From Candidatus Omnitrophota bacterium (GTDB lineage Bacteria > Omnitrophota > JACPQZ01), in the NCBI GenBank assembly GCA_016190205.1, contig JACPQZ010000038.1, forward strand, positions 4,005 to 68,004: a stretch of 64,000 nt of DNA, read 5' to 3'. Positions 9,554 to 19,062 of the stretch are shown here, piece after piece. The notes below the pieces were generated by a model. The model did not search any database. It was not told where the DNA came from and saw only the letters and a list, made by a program, of their open reading frames with translations. The first letter of the stretch is position 1, and each line of letters begins with the position of its first letter. The translations under genes were made by a program, and so were the position numbers.

Positions 9554-11031
9554 TTAAACTCCGTGACGTCCATCCCCAAATCGACCGGGTGTCTAAAGGG
9601 CTGGGACACGAGGCTGGCCGCCGCAACTTCCTGCGGGGGCCCCTGGGCCAAAATGGTGTGGCAGGCATTGCAGTCTTTGGTAATGGTATGGCCCTCGCCT
9701 GAGCGGTGCAGGCCGTCGTGACAGCGGAAACAGCCCTCGGAATTCAAGTGCCCGATGTGATCGGGGTAGGCCCTCCAGTCGGCCTTCATCTCGGGAAAGA
9801 AATTGCGCGCGTAAATCTTCCCAAGCTCCTCGGCGGACCGGCGGATTTCCAGGGCTTTTTCGCGTGCCAGATCAGGGAAACTCCTCTCGTAATACGCGGC
9901 AAGACCCTTTTGGATTTTGCTCACAGCCTCATCCTCCGAGAGGTACGGCTCTGCTAAAATTCTAATCGCCTCGCGCTTTAAGTAGGGAAGGGTGGGGTCC
10001 AGCCGTTCTGTTTCAAAAGCCCGTTCCACGGCGCGGTCGGGGGGATGGAAATGATGGCTGGGCCTGTTGTGGCAGTCCATGCAGTCCATGCGGCGCACTT
10101 CACGGGACGCGAGCTCCCCGGCCGTCAGGGGGTTTTCCGTCGAGACGTATTCCGTGGCGTGCCCCCCGCGGTCCACGACCTTGATCCAGGGAATCTCCTC
10201 CCGGCCTTCGTCACGGGCCGCATAGTAGATTTCCTTATTGATATTCATATGCCAGTGGATGCCGGCCGGGGTTCCGCGCTCCGGATCACCGCCTCCCACC
10301 TTAATCAGCATCTGGATCTGCCAGGGAGAGTTTGTCTCATCGGCCAGGTAGTGCTGAAAAACTTTTTGTTTCGCCCCGAAAAACTTCTCCGGCCAATGGC
10401 ACTGTTCGCACGTCTCCTGGGCGGGTCTTAAGTCCTCGATGGGAGTGGGAATTGGGCGGGGGTACTTTTTGAGCGACACGGCATAGACCTGATAGGCCCC
10501 CGTGATTTTGGAGCGCACAAACCAGCTTGCGCCGGGCCCCACGTGGCACGACGCACAGGCCACGCGCGCGTGGGGGGAGTGCTGATACGCCGTAAACTCG
10601 GGCTTCATGACCTGGTGGCACACGAGCCCGCAGAATTCGACCGACTCCGTGAAGTGATACGCGCGGTAACCCGTAAGCGAGAGGAGCATCACCCCGGTCA
10701 TCGCGACGAGAAATGCGCCCAACAAAAAGGCCCTGTGAGAGGGCCGGTTGAGATCGAGGCTGGGGAGCCTCGTCTGCCCCAGCTCGGGCCTCCTCTTCCT
10801 GCGCCTGCGCTCCCAAAGGAGACCCAAGAGAATGAGGATTACCCCCGCGGTCGCCCCCATGGGGCATACGAGGTAAATGACGACGCCCAGGTAGGCGTTC
10901 GTGTGGCGGCTGAAAAAATCCGTCACCATGAGGGGAAGACCAACCGCGGTATTTAAGCAAGCGATACCTATCCCAAATAAACTTACCGGGTTACGTATGA
11001 GGCCTACGGGTCTTAAAGGACGTTTATCCAC
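9517..11031 (-). CDS. ImcH-like NapC/NirT family heptaheme inner-membrane cytochrome c
   Basis: Three N-terminal TM helices, TESVEFCGLVCH, SPHARVACASCH, LRPAQETCEQCHWP, CMDCHNRPSH; 7 heme motifs; GTG start overlaps upstream stop. Confidence 0.88.
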   Translation of the reverse strand: MDKRPLRPVGLIRNPVSLFGIGIACLNTAVGLPLMVTDFFSRHTNAYLGVVIYLVCPMGATAGVILILLGLLWERRRRKRRPELGQTRLPSLDLNRPSHRAFLLGAFLVAMTGVMLLSLTGYRAYHFTESVEFCGLVCHQVMKPEFTAYQHSPHARVACASCHVGPGASWFVRSKITGAYQVYAVSLKKYPRPIPTPIEDLRPAQETCEQCHWPEKFFGAKQKVFQHYLADETNSPWQIQMLIKVGGGDPERGTPAGIHWHMNINKEIYYAARDEGREEIPWIKVVDRGGHATEYVSTENPLTAGELASREVRRMDCMDCHNRPSHHFHPPDRAVERAFETERLDPTLPYLKREAIRILAEPYLSEDEAVSKIQKGLAAYYERSFPDLAREKALEIRRSAEELGKIYARNFFPEMKADWRAYPDHIGHLNSEGCFRCHDGLHRSGEGHTITKDCNACHTILAQGPPQEVAAASLVSQPFRHPVDLGMDVTEFKCSQCHQGTSGL

Positions 11032-12307
11032 TATGAGTGGGTCCCTTTTTGTCCATACTGCGGATCTTCGCAATGAGGGCAAGGACAAAGATTCCCAGGA
11101 GGGCCACGGTAACCCAGAGACCCTTGCGGCGGAAGTAGACCTCTTCGACCGCCTTTTCTCCCGCCTTCCGGGCCTCGTCTGCGTGGGCCAGGCCCTCGCC
11201 GGCCACCGATTTCACTTTCTCGATCGAAAAGGAATGCACATAGGCCCGGGTCTGCGTGAGCCGTGAAGAAGCCTCATGGAGCGTATACTCGGCGTCCTCC
11301 ATGTCCATGCCAAAATGATGGGCGCGCTGGATACTTTCCTCGGCCCCCTGGATGCGGGCCTTCAAATCCTCAACTGCCGCGCGCATCGCCTGCGCCGTTT
11401 CAAATCCTTTTGAGCCCGGCTCATGACAGCGCGCGCAGAAAGACTCCGGCCCCGTGCCCAGCATCTCATCGGAGGTCTTTTGAATGGCGTGGTTTCCGTG
11501 GCACACCTCGCATTCCGGAAGCCCCAGGGCCTCGTGGACCATCTTGTGCGGGCTGGCCGCGAAAAGGTCGCGCGAGAGGCTGTGGCACTGGGCGCAGACA
11601 TTCCCTACCGCAATCGCCCCTGGCTTGGAGGCCTCGTGAGAACCGTGGCAGCTCGCGCAATGCGGCGCCCCCCGGTCACCGGCCACAAGAAGAGCCTGTC
11701 CATGCACGCTGTGGGCGTAGTCCCAGTGCTGGTTCACGGGCAGCCCGTGACGCTTCATGAGATCCGCATCCGTGTGGCAGACGGCGCAGGTCCCGGGGAT
11801 ATTCGTGGCGTAAACGGGAGAGAGCGGGTCCTTGGCTGAACGGATGCCGTGCACTCCATGACAGCTCGTGCAGACCGCTACATCTTCATCCCCGGCGGCG
11901 TTTGCCTTGCCGTGCTGGCTCGTCAGATACTTCGCATACTGATCGGTGGGAAGATTAGGATTAAAGCGCCGCATAAAGGCGGGATCCGCGTGACAGCGCG
12001 CGCAGAAGCCGGGGATATCCTGGCGGGCGGGACGGCCCACGAATCCCTTTTCAAGGGCCATAGAAAGAGTCGGATCCTGTGCAGCAGGGTCACCCCCATG
12101 GCAGTCGGCGCAGGTTAAGCCCCGCTTAGAATGCACATCAACTTGAAAAAGAGCGGCGGGGCCGCGGGTTTGGCCCTCCAGCATCTCGTGGCATTCGGCG
12201 CACGTGTTTAAAGGCGCGGCCCAGGCTGACACCGCCGGCCACATGGCGAGGCTTAAGCCTGCAAGAGAAAAAATAAGACGCCGTATCAATGCCGAGCTAT
12301 GAACCAT
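11024..12307 (-). CDS. Nonaheme cytochrome c with C-terminal coiled coil and membrane anchor
   Basis: Signal peptide, 9 CxxCH motifs, helical region, C-terminal TM helix; follows cytochrome b. Confidence 0.88.
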   Translation of the reverse strand: MVHSSALIRRLIFSLAGLSLAMWPAVSAWAAPLNTCAECHEMLEGQTRGPAALFQVDVHSKRGLTCADCHGGDPAAQDPTLSMALEKGFVGRPARQDIPGFCARCHADPAFMRRFNPNLPTDQYAKYLTSQHGKANAAGDEDVAVCTSCHGVHGIRSAKDPLSPVYATNIPGTCAVCHTDADLMKRHGLPVNQHWDYAHSVHGQALLVAGDRGAPHCASCHGSHEASKPGAIAVGNVCAQCHSLSRDLFAASPHKMVHEALGLPECEVCHGNHAIQKTSDEMLGTGPESFCARCHEPGSKGFETAQAMRAAVEDLKARIQGAEESIQRAHHFGMDMEDAEYTLHEASSRLTQTRAYVHSFSIEKVKSVAGEGLAHADEARKAGEKAVEEVYFRRKGLWVTVALLGIFVLALIAKIRSMDKKGPTHSG

Positions 12308-13371
12308 TTGGCGTATACCGTCATCCCTATCATGTAGAAAACTGTCAGAAACCCCGCGAGCCAGGCGAGCCAATGCGCTTGGCCCCGGGCCGCCGGCCGG
12401 TCGAGCCAGGGGACTAAGATCAAGACCAGCCCCGCAAGACCCATGGCGACAATCGCCACAAGCTCCCCCTCAAGCCCCAGGATGTGCCCCGGGAAAAACT
12501 TGAGCGTCTGAAACATCCACAAAAAGTACCACTCCGGCTCGATTCCGGCCGGTGTCGGGGCAAAGGGATCCGCCTTCTCGCCCACCGTGGCCGGATAATA
12601 GGCGCTCAAGGCAAGCACTATCCCGAGCATGACCGACCAGGCGGCCAGATCCCGCAGGAGAAAATTTGGGATAAAGGGCATGGCGCGCTCCGACCGCACG
12701 GATAAAGGCCGGCTCATCCCCTGAAGCTGAACCATCATAAGATGCGCGCCCAATAGGAAGAAAAGGCAGACGGGGAGCGCCGCGATATGGAACCAAAAGA
12801 AGCGGGAAAGTGTCGCGTCCCCCACATCCGCCCCGCCGCGCAGGAAAGTGCTCAACACCTTTCCGATCACAGGGACGCTTGAGGCGATCTCCGTCCCCAC
12901 TTTTGTGGCGAAAAAGGAGAGCGTGTTCCAGGGAAGGAGGTACCCGGTGAAACCAAAGCCCATAAGGAGAAAAAAAAGGAGACAGCCCGTGACCCAGGTG
13001 AGCTCCCGGGGCGGCCGGTAGGCCTTCAGGAAAAACGCGCTCGCCATGTGGATGAAGGCCGAGAGGATAGCCATGTTCGCCGCCCAGGCGTGCACCGAAC
13101 GCACGAGCCACCCAAACTCGACCTTCGTCATGATAAGGCGCACCGACTCGTGCGCCTCGCCCACAGAGGGCCTGTAGTACAAAAGGAGGAGGAGCCCGCT
13201 CAAGATCTGCACCGCGACCAAGACAAGCGTCGTTCCGCCCAGATAGTACCAAAGAGAGTGGCCGTGGACCGGCACAGTCTTGTGCGTGACAAGCTCGCCC
13301 AAGCCCCCCAAGTTGTAGCGGGCTTGAAAAAAAGACTTGAGCCTCTCGCGGGCGCCCATGGGTGAACCCAT
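12286..13371 (-). CDS. petB: Cytochrome b of a Rieske/cytochrome b complex (unsplit)
   Basis: RSVHAW..FIHM, FTGYLLPW, TLSRFFWFH..GAHL and IEPEWYFL motifs. Confidence 0.92.
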   Translation of the reverse strand: MGSPMGARERLKSFFQARYNLGGLGELVTHKTVPVHGHSLWYYLGGTTLVLVAVQILSGLLLLLYYRPSVGEAHESVRLIMTKVEFGWLVRSVHAWAANMAILSAFIHMASAFFLKAYRPPRELTWVTGCLLFFLLMGFGFTGYLLPWNTLSFFATKVGTEIASSVPVIGKVLSTFLRGGADVGDATLSRFFWFHIAALPVCLFFLLGAHLMMVQLQGMSRPLSVRSERAMPFIPNFLLRDLAAWSVMLGIVLALSAYYPATVGEKADPFAPTPAGIEPEWYFLWMFQTLKFFPGHILGLEGELVAIVAMGLAGLVLILVPWLDRPAARGQAHWLAWLAGFLTVFYMIGMTVYAKWFIARH

Positions 13372-13375
13372 CGCG

Positions 13376-13837
13376 TTATCCGGTCTTGGTGACCACGACG
13401 TCTTCCCCGCGCACATTCACCTCGTAGTTTTCCAGGGGACGCGGGGGCGGGCCGGAAATGACTTGTCCTTTGAGATCGAATCTCCCGTTGTGGCAGGCGC
13501 ACCAGATGGAGCGGGAGGCATCGTCGTACTGAACCGTGCAGTTTAAGTGGGTACAGACGGCGGAGTAAGCTTTGAGTTCCCCCTCAAGGGTGTGCACCAA
13601 AAGCCCCGGCCGGTTCCCGAAGCGGAAGATCTTGGCCGAATTGGGTTTTAAGTCGCCTATCTTGGCCGCGACGACGCTGGATTGTGCGGCCTCAACGCCT
13701 GGAGGGGGCTTGAGATAACGCAGGATGGGATAGAAGGCGGCGGCCAGAATGGCAAGGAGCGAGCCGTTTAAGGCGGATTGACAGAAAGACCTTCGTGTGA
13801 TGAAAAACCCGCGTGCTCCCGGGCGATCTGCCCTCAT
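13376..13837 (-). CDS. Rieske 2Fe-2S protein
   Basis: TRRSF Tat anchor; CTHLNC and CACHNGRF boxes; GPPPRPL. Confidence 0.93.
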   Translation of the reverse strand: MRADRPGARGFFITRRSFCQSALNGSLLAILAAAFYPILRYLKPPPGVEAAQSSVVAAKIGDLKPNSAKIFRFGNRPGLLVHTLEGELKAYSAVCTHLNCTVQYDDASRSIWCACHNGRFDLKGQVISGPPPRPLENYEVNVRGEDVVVTKTG

Positions 13838-13865
13838 GTGACTTTACCCCCACCCAGAGATCGTA

Positions 13866-15923
13866 TCAGAAGGTCTTGGAGACCGCAAGTGAGACGAGAT
13901 GCGCCTTGTACTTTCCTATTTCAGCCTGCGAGCCGGGCTGGTAGTGGTAATACCCGTACTCGGCCCTGACCGAGGTGTCTTGAGCAAGCTCACAGCGGAG
14001 GCCGCAGGTGAGATCAATTTGACCAAAGTCCGCACCCAGCGGAAGCCCGGTCGACGTAAAATCGTTGAAATTGTCGGCCTCGGAATACTGCGCAGAGGCG
14101 TCGAGCGTAAGATTGGGTCTCATCATATAATCGGCCCCGACAAGCCAGGTATTGACGTCCGCGTTAAACACCGGGACCTGCCCGCTTGCGGCAAGCCTCG
14201 CCGGGGTCACGGTGGCCGCCGTCTGATGCGAGAATGAGCCCATCAGCATGAGCTCCCTAAGCACGTGGATGGTCAGGTCATAAGTATAGGTGTGTGAGGT
14301 AAACTCGCTTTTCCTCCTGGGCTCGCTTTCCGCGCGTGTCAGGTAATCTTTGTCCTGAAGCTGATAACGAAATGAGGTGCGGACCTTGCGGACGGGACGA
14401 AGGCTCACGCGCGCCATGATCTCATCCGTATCGATACTCATCCCGTCCATAAAGGCTGAACGGGCCGCGGTCGAACCGGGATCGGTCTCAAAGAGATCGT
14501 CATAGTCCTGGTTGTCCCGGCGGTGCCGGTAGTGGGTGGTGAGATCGACATAATGCACCGGGGTCACCCTGCCTCCCACGGTCACAGTCCCCCGATCGGC
14601 ATCCGTAATCGTGTCGCGCTCGAAGCTGACAGCGCCGGTGGCGTAGCTCACAGACTGCTCTTCCAGCTTGATCCTGGACTGCTCAAGCTCTAGTTCCGAG
14701 TAGAGCGCCGTATAGGGGATCCCGGTGTAATGGATGTTGAGCCCCTCCCCCCACCTCACGGCTGTCGAGTCATTGGTGCTGATTTCGGCCTCTTCAACAA
14801 ATCCGTCAGGCGTGCTGCCGCCCGAACTATTGGGATTACTATCCTCCGGATACCTGGAATTGCTGTCCCGGCTCACCAGTTCTGACTTAAGTTTAAGTCC
14901 CACTGCCACGTCCTCCCACTCATAGAGCACGGCATTTCCCACCCACGTATGGGTAAAATAATCATTATCAGCGGTGGCATCCCGCTTTTGCTTGGGGTTA
15001 CTGAAATTGGTGATCACCCCGTTCTCATTCGTTTCAAAGATGTCTTCCAGTTCCGTAAAATTGAGATACGCGAACTGGTAACCCCCCGACGTAAAGAGTT
15101 TCCGGTCCCAAAACCACCTTTCTGCACCTAAGAAAGTTGTGTACAAATCGCTCTCCGGGCTTTGGAGTTGCCGCCGGATCTTTTTGTCGGAAGCTGTCGT
15201 GGTCGTGGAGAGGCTCTTTTCTACGCGGGTCGATTCGGTCCGGACGAATTCCACGTGCTGTTTCCCCGTGAGCCGCGCGCCGCGAAAGTCATCTGCGACT
15301 TCGAGCTCCAGCATATCCACCCGCTCATCAAAGTCCTGCCACGAGGGCCCGATAAAACGCGTGGTGCTCCCTTCCTTCACTCCCGCCCAGGTCAAACGGG
15401 ATTTCGCCCCATCCTTAAACTCACGCTCATACGTAAAGGTGATTTCCGGCACGTCTTCCTTGCGGAGCCCGGTCTTAAAACCGAAGTGGCCGATCTCAAG
15501 TTCAAGATCTTTATCCGCATCCTGGCCGGACAAGGTGCCGAAGCGGTAGTACACGCCTCCGGTATTGTCAAAGTACTTGCTGAACTCATTGTAGTCAAAC
15601 GTTAGAAAACCCAGACCTTCTTTTTTTAGCGTAATCTCCCCTCCCAGATCGTTCTGATCTATGAGGGCATGCGCCTCGGAGGAGAGCTGGGTGCCATCCG
15701 CGAGTCCATAATTAAACTCGAAGTCCTCCACGCCAAACACGTAACGATCGCGCATCCACTGGTGTTCCCGAAACTTAGGCCTGTCTCCATCCACAGAGAT
15801 ATATCGCAGCGGGAGAACAGAAATCCCAACCTCGGGATCCCCGGCCTGCGCCGGGCCGCCCCATGAGAGCAGAACCCACATCGCTCCGGCCGATAATAAC
15901 CCGATGATCTTGGCGCGCATCAT
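13866..15923 (-). CDS. MtrB/PioB-like large outer-membrane beta-barrel
   Basis: Signal peptide, alternating beta-strand pattern rich in D/S/T/Y, C-terminal Phe, directly downstream of MtrA-like cytochrome. Confidence 0.78.
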   Translation of the reverse strand: MMRAKIIGLLSAGAMWVLLSWGGPAQAGDPEVGISVLPLRYISVDGDRPKFREHQWMRDRYVFGVEDFEFNYGLADGTQLSSEAHALIDQNDLGGEITLKKEGLGFLTFDYNEFSKYFDNTGGVYYRFGTLSGQDADKDLELEIGHFGFKTGLRKEDVPEITFTYEREFKDGAKSRLTWAGVKEGSTTRFIGPSWQDFDERVDMLELEVADDFRGARLTGKQHVEFVRTESTRVEKSLSTTTTASDKKIRRQLQSPESDLYTTFLGAERWFWDRKLFTSGGYQFAYLNFTELEDIFETNENGVITNFSNPKQKRDATADNDYFTHTWVGNAVLYEWEDVAVGLKLKSELVSRDSNSRYPEDSNPNSSGGSTPDGFVEEAEISTNDSTAVRWGEGLNIHYTGIPYTALYSELELEQSRIKLEEQSVSYATGAVSFERDTITDADRGTVTVGGRVTPVHYVDLTTHYRHRRDNQDYDDLFETDPGSTAARSAFMDGMSIDTDEIMARVSLRPVRKVRTSFRYQLQDKDYLTRAESEPRRKSEFTSHTYTYDLTIHVLRELMLMGSFSHQTAATVTPARLAASGQVPVFNADVNTWLVGADYMMRPNLTLDASAQYSEADNFNDFTSTGLPLGADFGQIDLTCGLRCELAQDTSVRAEYGYYHYQPGSQAEIGKYKAHLVSLAVSKTF

Positions 15924-15937
15924 GCCCCCCTTAGCTT

Positions 15938-16714
15938 TTAATAGCGCAAATGGTCATCAAAATTCGAGCCGTGCGGTGCCGTGTGGCACCCGGCGCTAAA
16001 ACATGTCCCTTGCGCAAGATTGGCCGTATGGCTTCTCTTGCCAATGGTCGGAAAATTAACCTGGGTATGGCACCGCAGACACAGGGTGCTGTCACGCGCG
16101 ATCAGCATCTTCGCATGCATGGAACCATGCACCTTGTGGCAGGTCGTGCAGCCCTCGCGCAGGGCCTCATGCTCCCACACGAAGGGCCCCCTCTGCTCCT
16201 TATGGCATTTGTAGCAGGCCTCGTTGATGTCCTGAAGGGTCGTGGCTGACCAGGGCCTGACCTCGGTCCCGTGGGGGCTGTGGCAGTCGGCACAGCTCAT
16301 CTTGCCCTCTAAGACAGGGTGATGAAAGGAAAGCTTAAATTCCATTTTCTTGTCCAGGTGACATTCAAAACAGGTGCTGGGGTCCTTCCGGGGATTTACA
16401 ATCCCTCCCACACCCTTCCCGCCCCCCGCCGCCACGTGGAGGCTCCCCGGGCCATGGCACATCTCGCAACCCTGCCGTTCAAGACCCTCTCCCTTCACAT
16501 TGATACGCGCATGGGTGGAAAGCTTAAATTCCTGGTGCTCCTTGTCGTGACACATGGCACACGTCTCGGTACCAACGAATGTCGCTTCTTCGGACTCCTC
16601 TCCTTGAGGCTCACCCTCATCGGCCCACACCGATGTGGCACCCAATAGACACACGGCAACGAAAGCAATCCCCCATCCCGCCTGTTTCATCAAACCTCTT
16701 CGTGAGCCGCGCAT
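15938..16714 (-). CDS. MtrA/DmsE-family periplasmic multiheme cytochrome c (8 hemes)
   Basis: FVGTETCAMCH, CEMCHGPGS, HHPVLEGKMSCADCHSPHG, GPFVWEH, CFSAGCH..HGSN; 7 CxxCH plus 1 CX4CH. Confidence 0.88.
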   Translation of the reverse strand: MRGSRRGLMKQAGWGIAFVAVCLLGATSVWADEGEPQGEESEEATFVGTETCAMCHDKEHQEFKLSTHARINVKGEGLERQGCEMCHGPGSLHVAAGGGKGVGGIVNPRKDPSTCFECHLDKKMEFKLSFHHPVLEGKMSCADCHSPHGTEVRPWSATTLQDINEACYKCHKEQRGPFVWEHEALREGCTTCHKVHGSMHAKMLIARDSTLCLRCHTQVNFPTIGKRSHTANLAQGTCFSAGCHTAPHGSNFDDHLRY

Positions 16715-16731
16715 ATTTGTGCCTCCTTGGG

Positions 16732-17151
16732 CTATTCAGATTGTGCGGGAGTGCCCGCCGTATCCGTGCCCGCCGCACCACCCGCAGCCGGAGGGGTCAC
16801 CCCCTCGGGATGCGACGCGGGATCCGCAAGATCGGTGCCCTGTTCCCATTCCATAAGATTGGCGGCTCCGTCCTGGTCGGCATCTTCCTGATCCAGGAGG
16901 TGGAAGTCCGCCTCCGCCAGGATCTTGGCCGCCCCTCCGGGCTTCGTGGCCTTGAGACTCAACCCATAGACATTGAGGTCATCCGCCTTTCCCATGGCCC
17001 CCTGGTGGCAGACCTTGCAGGAATAGGCCTTCGCGTCCTTCCCCGGATAGGCTTTTTTGAAGGTCATCAGGTTCTGAACCGTCGCCTCTGCGCCCGGGCA
17101 AACGGAAAAAAGAATAAAACTTGAGACGATTAAGAGACCTGCACGGGACAT
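16732..17151 (-). CDS. Small secreted monoheme cytochrome c with DxDxDG motif
   Basis: AAGGAGGA RBS; signal peptide; CKVCH; LNVYG; DADQDGAANLMEWEQGT. Confidence 0.75.
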   Translation of the reverse strand: MSRAGLLIVSSFILFSVCPGAEATVQNLMTFKKAYPGKDAKAYSCKVCHQGAMGKADDLNVYGLSLKATKPGGAAKILAEADFHLLDQEDADQDGAANLMEWEQGTDLADPASHPEGVTPPAAGGAAGTDTAGTPAQSE

Positions 17152-18188
17152 GTGACTTCCTCCTTTAAAGGACCACGGTTTAACCATTCCATAAAATGCT
17201 CTACCTGATCATGCAAGATAAGTTCACACGCCGGGAGGTGCCTTCCCCGTTCCTTGAGCGCGGCTTGGGACGCGGCGGTAAGATCATCGATATTCTTAAG
17301 GTGCACGCCGCGCACCTCGCCCGCCGCGGGGTCCACGTTGCGGGGGACGGCGAGATCCAATAGATAAACGGGTCTCCCGCTGCGGCGGGTCATGACGGCG
17401 AGCATGTCCTCGCGGCTTAATACATAATGGGGTGCCTGGGTTGAGAGTACGGCGAGATCCACCTCTTCCAAATATCTCATCCCCTCTTCCCACGAAGCCC
17501 ATCCTGCCCGGCAAATCTCCGCCAGGTCCTGGGCCCTGGAGAGGGTGCGATTGACGACCCAGAGCCGGCCCAATCCAGCCTGGGTGAGATTCCGGGCCGT
17601 AGACTCCGAGGCCTTGCCCGCCCCCCAAACGAGCGCGCTTCTACATTCAAGATCCTGTCCCAAGGACTCGCGCGCCCAGCGCACGACCATGGATCCTATG
17701 GAGGTCTGCCCCTTTGCGATATCGGTTCGCGAACGCACGAGGTGCGCGCAGTGAAATGCCTTCTGAAAAAGCCGGTTTAAAATGGAATCCGCGGCCCCCG
17801 CGCTTACGGCCGCGCCATAGGCGTGCTTGACCTGGGCCGTGATCTCGGTTTCTCCCAAAATCATGGAATCCAGACCTGCCGTCACGCGAAAGAGGTGGTG
17901 CGCCGCCTCCCGCCTTTCCATCCAGTACAAGTGTGCCTCGAATTCGGAAGGCTCCAGATGACTTAAGCCCGCTAAAAGCTCCACTCCTTGAGCGCGCGCT
18001 TCGTGGAGATTACCACTTACCGCGTAAAGCTCCGTCCGGTTACAGGTAGACAAAATAACCGCTTCCTGAATGGAAGCGGTTAAGAGTCCTGGGAGGGCCT
18101 TTGGTAAATCCCGTGACGGGATGGAAAGCCGCTCGCGCAGATGGATGGGCGCGGTGCGGTGATTCATTCCTAAGACGGATAGGGACAT
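17130..18188 (-). CDS. hemA: Glutamyl-tRNA reductase (short form)
   Basis: GMNHRTAP, LSTCNRTELY, GLDSMILGETEI..QVK, DLAVPRNV. Confidence 0.93.
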   Translation of the reverse strand: MSLSVLGMNHRTAPIHLRERLSIPSRDLPKALPGLLTASIQEAVILSTCNRTELYAVSGNLHEARAQGVELLAGLSHLEPSEFEAHLYWMERREAAHHLFRVTAGLDSMILGETEITAQVKHAYGAAVSAGAADSILNRLFQKAFHCAHLVRSRTDIAKGQTSIGSMVVRWARESLGQDLECRSALVWGAGKASESTARNLTQAGLGRLWVVNRTLSRAQDLAEICRAGWASWEEGMRYLEEVDLAVLSTQAPHYVLSREDMLAVMTRRSGRPVYLLDLAVPRNVDPAAGEVRGVHLKNIDDLTAASQAALKERGRHLPACELILHDQVEHFMEWLNRGPLKEEVTCPVQVS

Positions 18189-18246
18189 GACCCTCCCAAA
18201 CAAACGCTGTTTGAGCCCCCATGATAAGACAGGTCCGGGGAGACTA

Positions 18247-18264
18247 CTATGATACAGGTCATAG
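18247..18264. promoter_or_regulatory. Crp/Fnr-type binding site upstream of hemA-cytochrome operon
   Basis: CTATGA-N6-TCATAG perfect palindrome. Confidence 0.6.
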
Positions 18265-18349
18265 AGCCAACGATCATAAATTAACCCCTAGTATAAGTTA
18301 CAAGAAGGGGTCAGGTGAAGAACGAATATTAATACTATAGGCTGGGCGC

Positions 18350-19015
18350 TTAATTGCAGTTTCGCAGGATACCCTTAAGCTGCCGGGGGGCTAATATCGT
18401 AATCCAGCCCCTGCCGGACGAAACCCATCCCTTTTGCTTGAGGTGCGCCAGCGTGCGGATGGAGGTCTCCCAGCGCGTGCCCACCATACGCGCGAGCTCC
18501 TGGTGCGTAATGGGAACGGTCCGGCCGAAGGAATTTCGGAGTTTTAAGAGGACGTGCACGAGCCTCTGCTCCACGCTGGCCTGGGAGAGGCTGATCATCT
18601 CCGCCATGTGGCGCATGCGGTCGCAGCAGCTTAAGAGGACCCGGGATGCGAACTTGGGGTAGCGGCTTAACAGTTTAAGAAACGCGGCCCTCGGTATGCG
18701 GAGAAAGCTCGCATCCGTAGCCGCCACGGCGCGTGTGGAGTAGACGCCCCCCCCATCCAGGGCGGAGATCCCGCACAGGGCCTCGTCGGGCGTCAGGATA
18801 AAAATGGTGGCGTACCCCCCGTTTAAGGTGTGTTTAATAAGATACACCCAGCCGCTTTCGATGATCCAGACAAACTCGGCCGGGTCCCCTTCATCGAAGA
18901 TGACCTTGCCCTTCTTAAATTTAAGGAATTCCAGCTCCCGGGATAGGCCCCTCCGCGCCGAGCTCGGCATGGAGCAGAAATAGGAGATCCGGTCCAGGGA
19001 ATCGAGGGTAATCAT
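18350..19015 (-). CDS. Crp/Fnr family transcriptional regulator
   Basis: IFDEGDP cNMP-fold; ITHQELARMVGTRWETSIRTL HTH. Confidence 0.9.
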   Translation of the reverse strand: MITLDSLDRISYFCSMPSSARRGLSRELEFLKFKKGKVIFDEGDPAEFVWIIESGWVYLIKHTLNGGYATIFILTPDEALCGISALDGGGVYSTRAVAATDASFLRIPRAAFLKLLSRYPKFASRVLLSCCDRMRHMAEMISLSQASVEQRLVHVLLKLRNSFGRTVPITHQELARMVGTRWETSIRTLAHLKQKGWVSSGRGWITILAPRQLKGILRNCN

Positions 19016-19062
19016 GGCGGTACCAAGATACCCCCTCGGCACGAAGTCTTCTATGATTAAGA

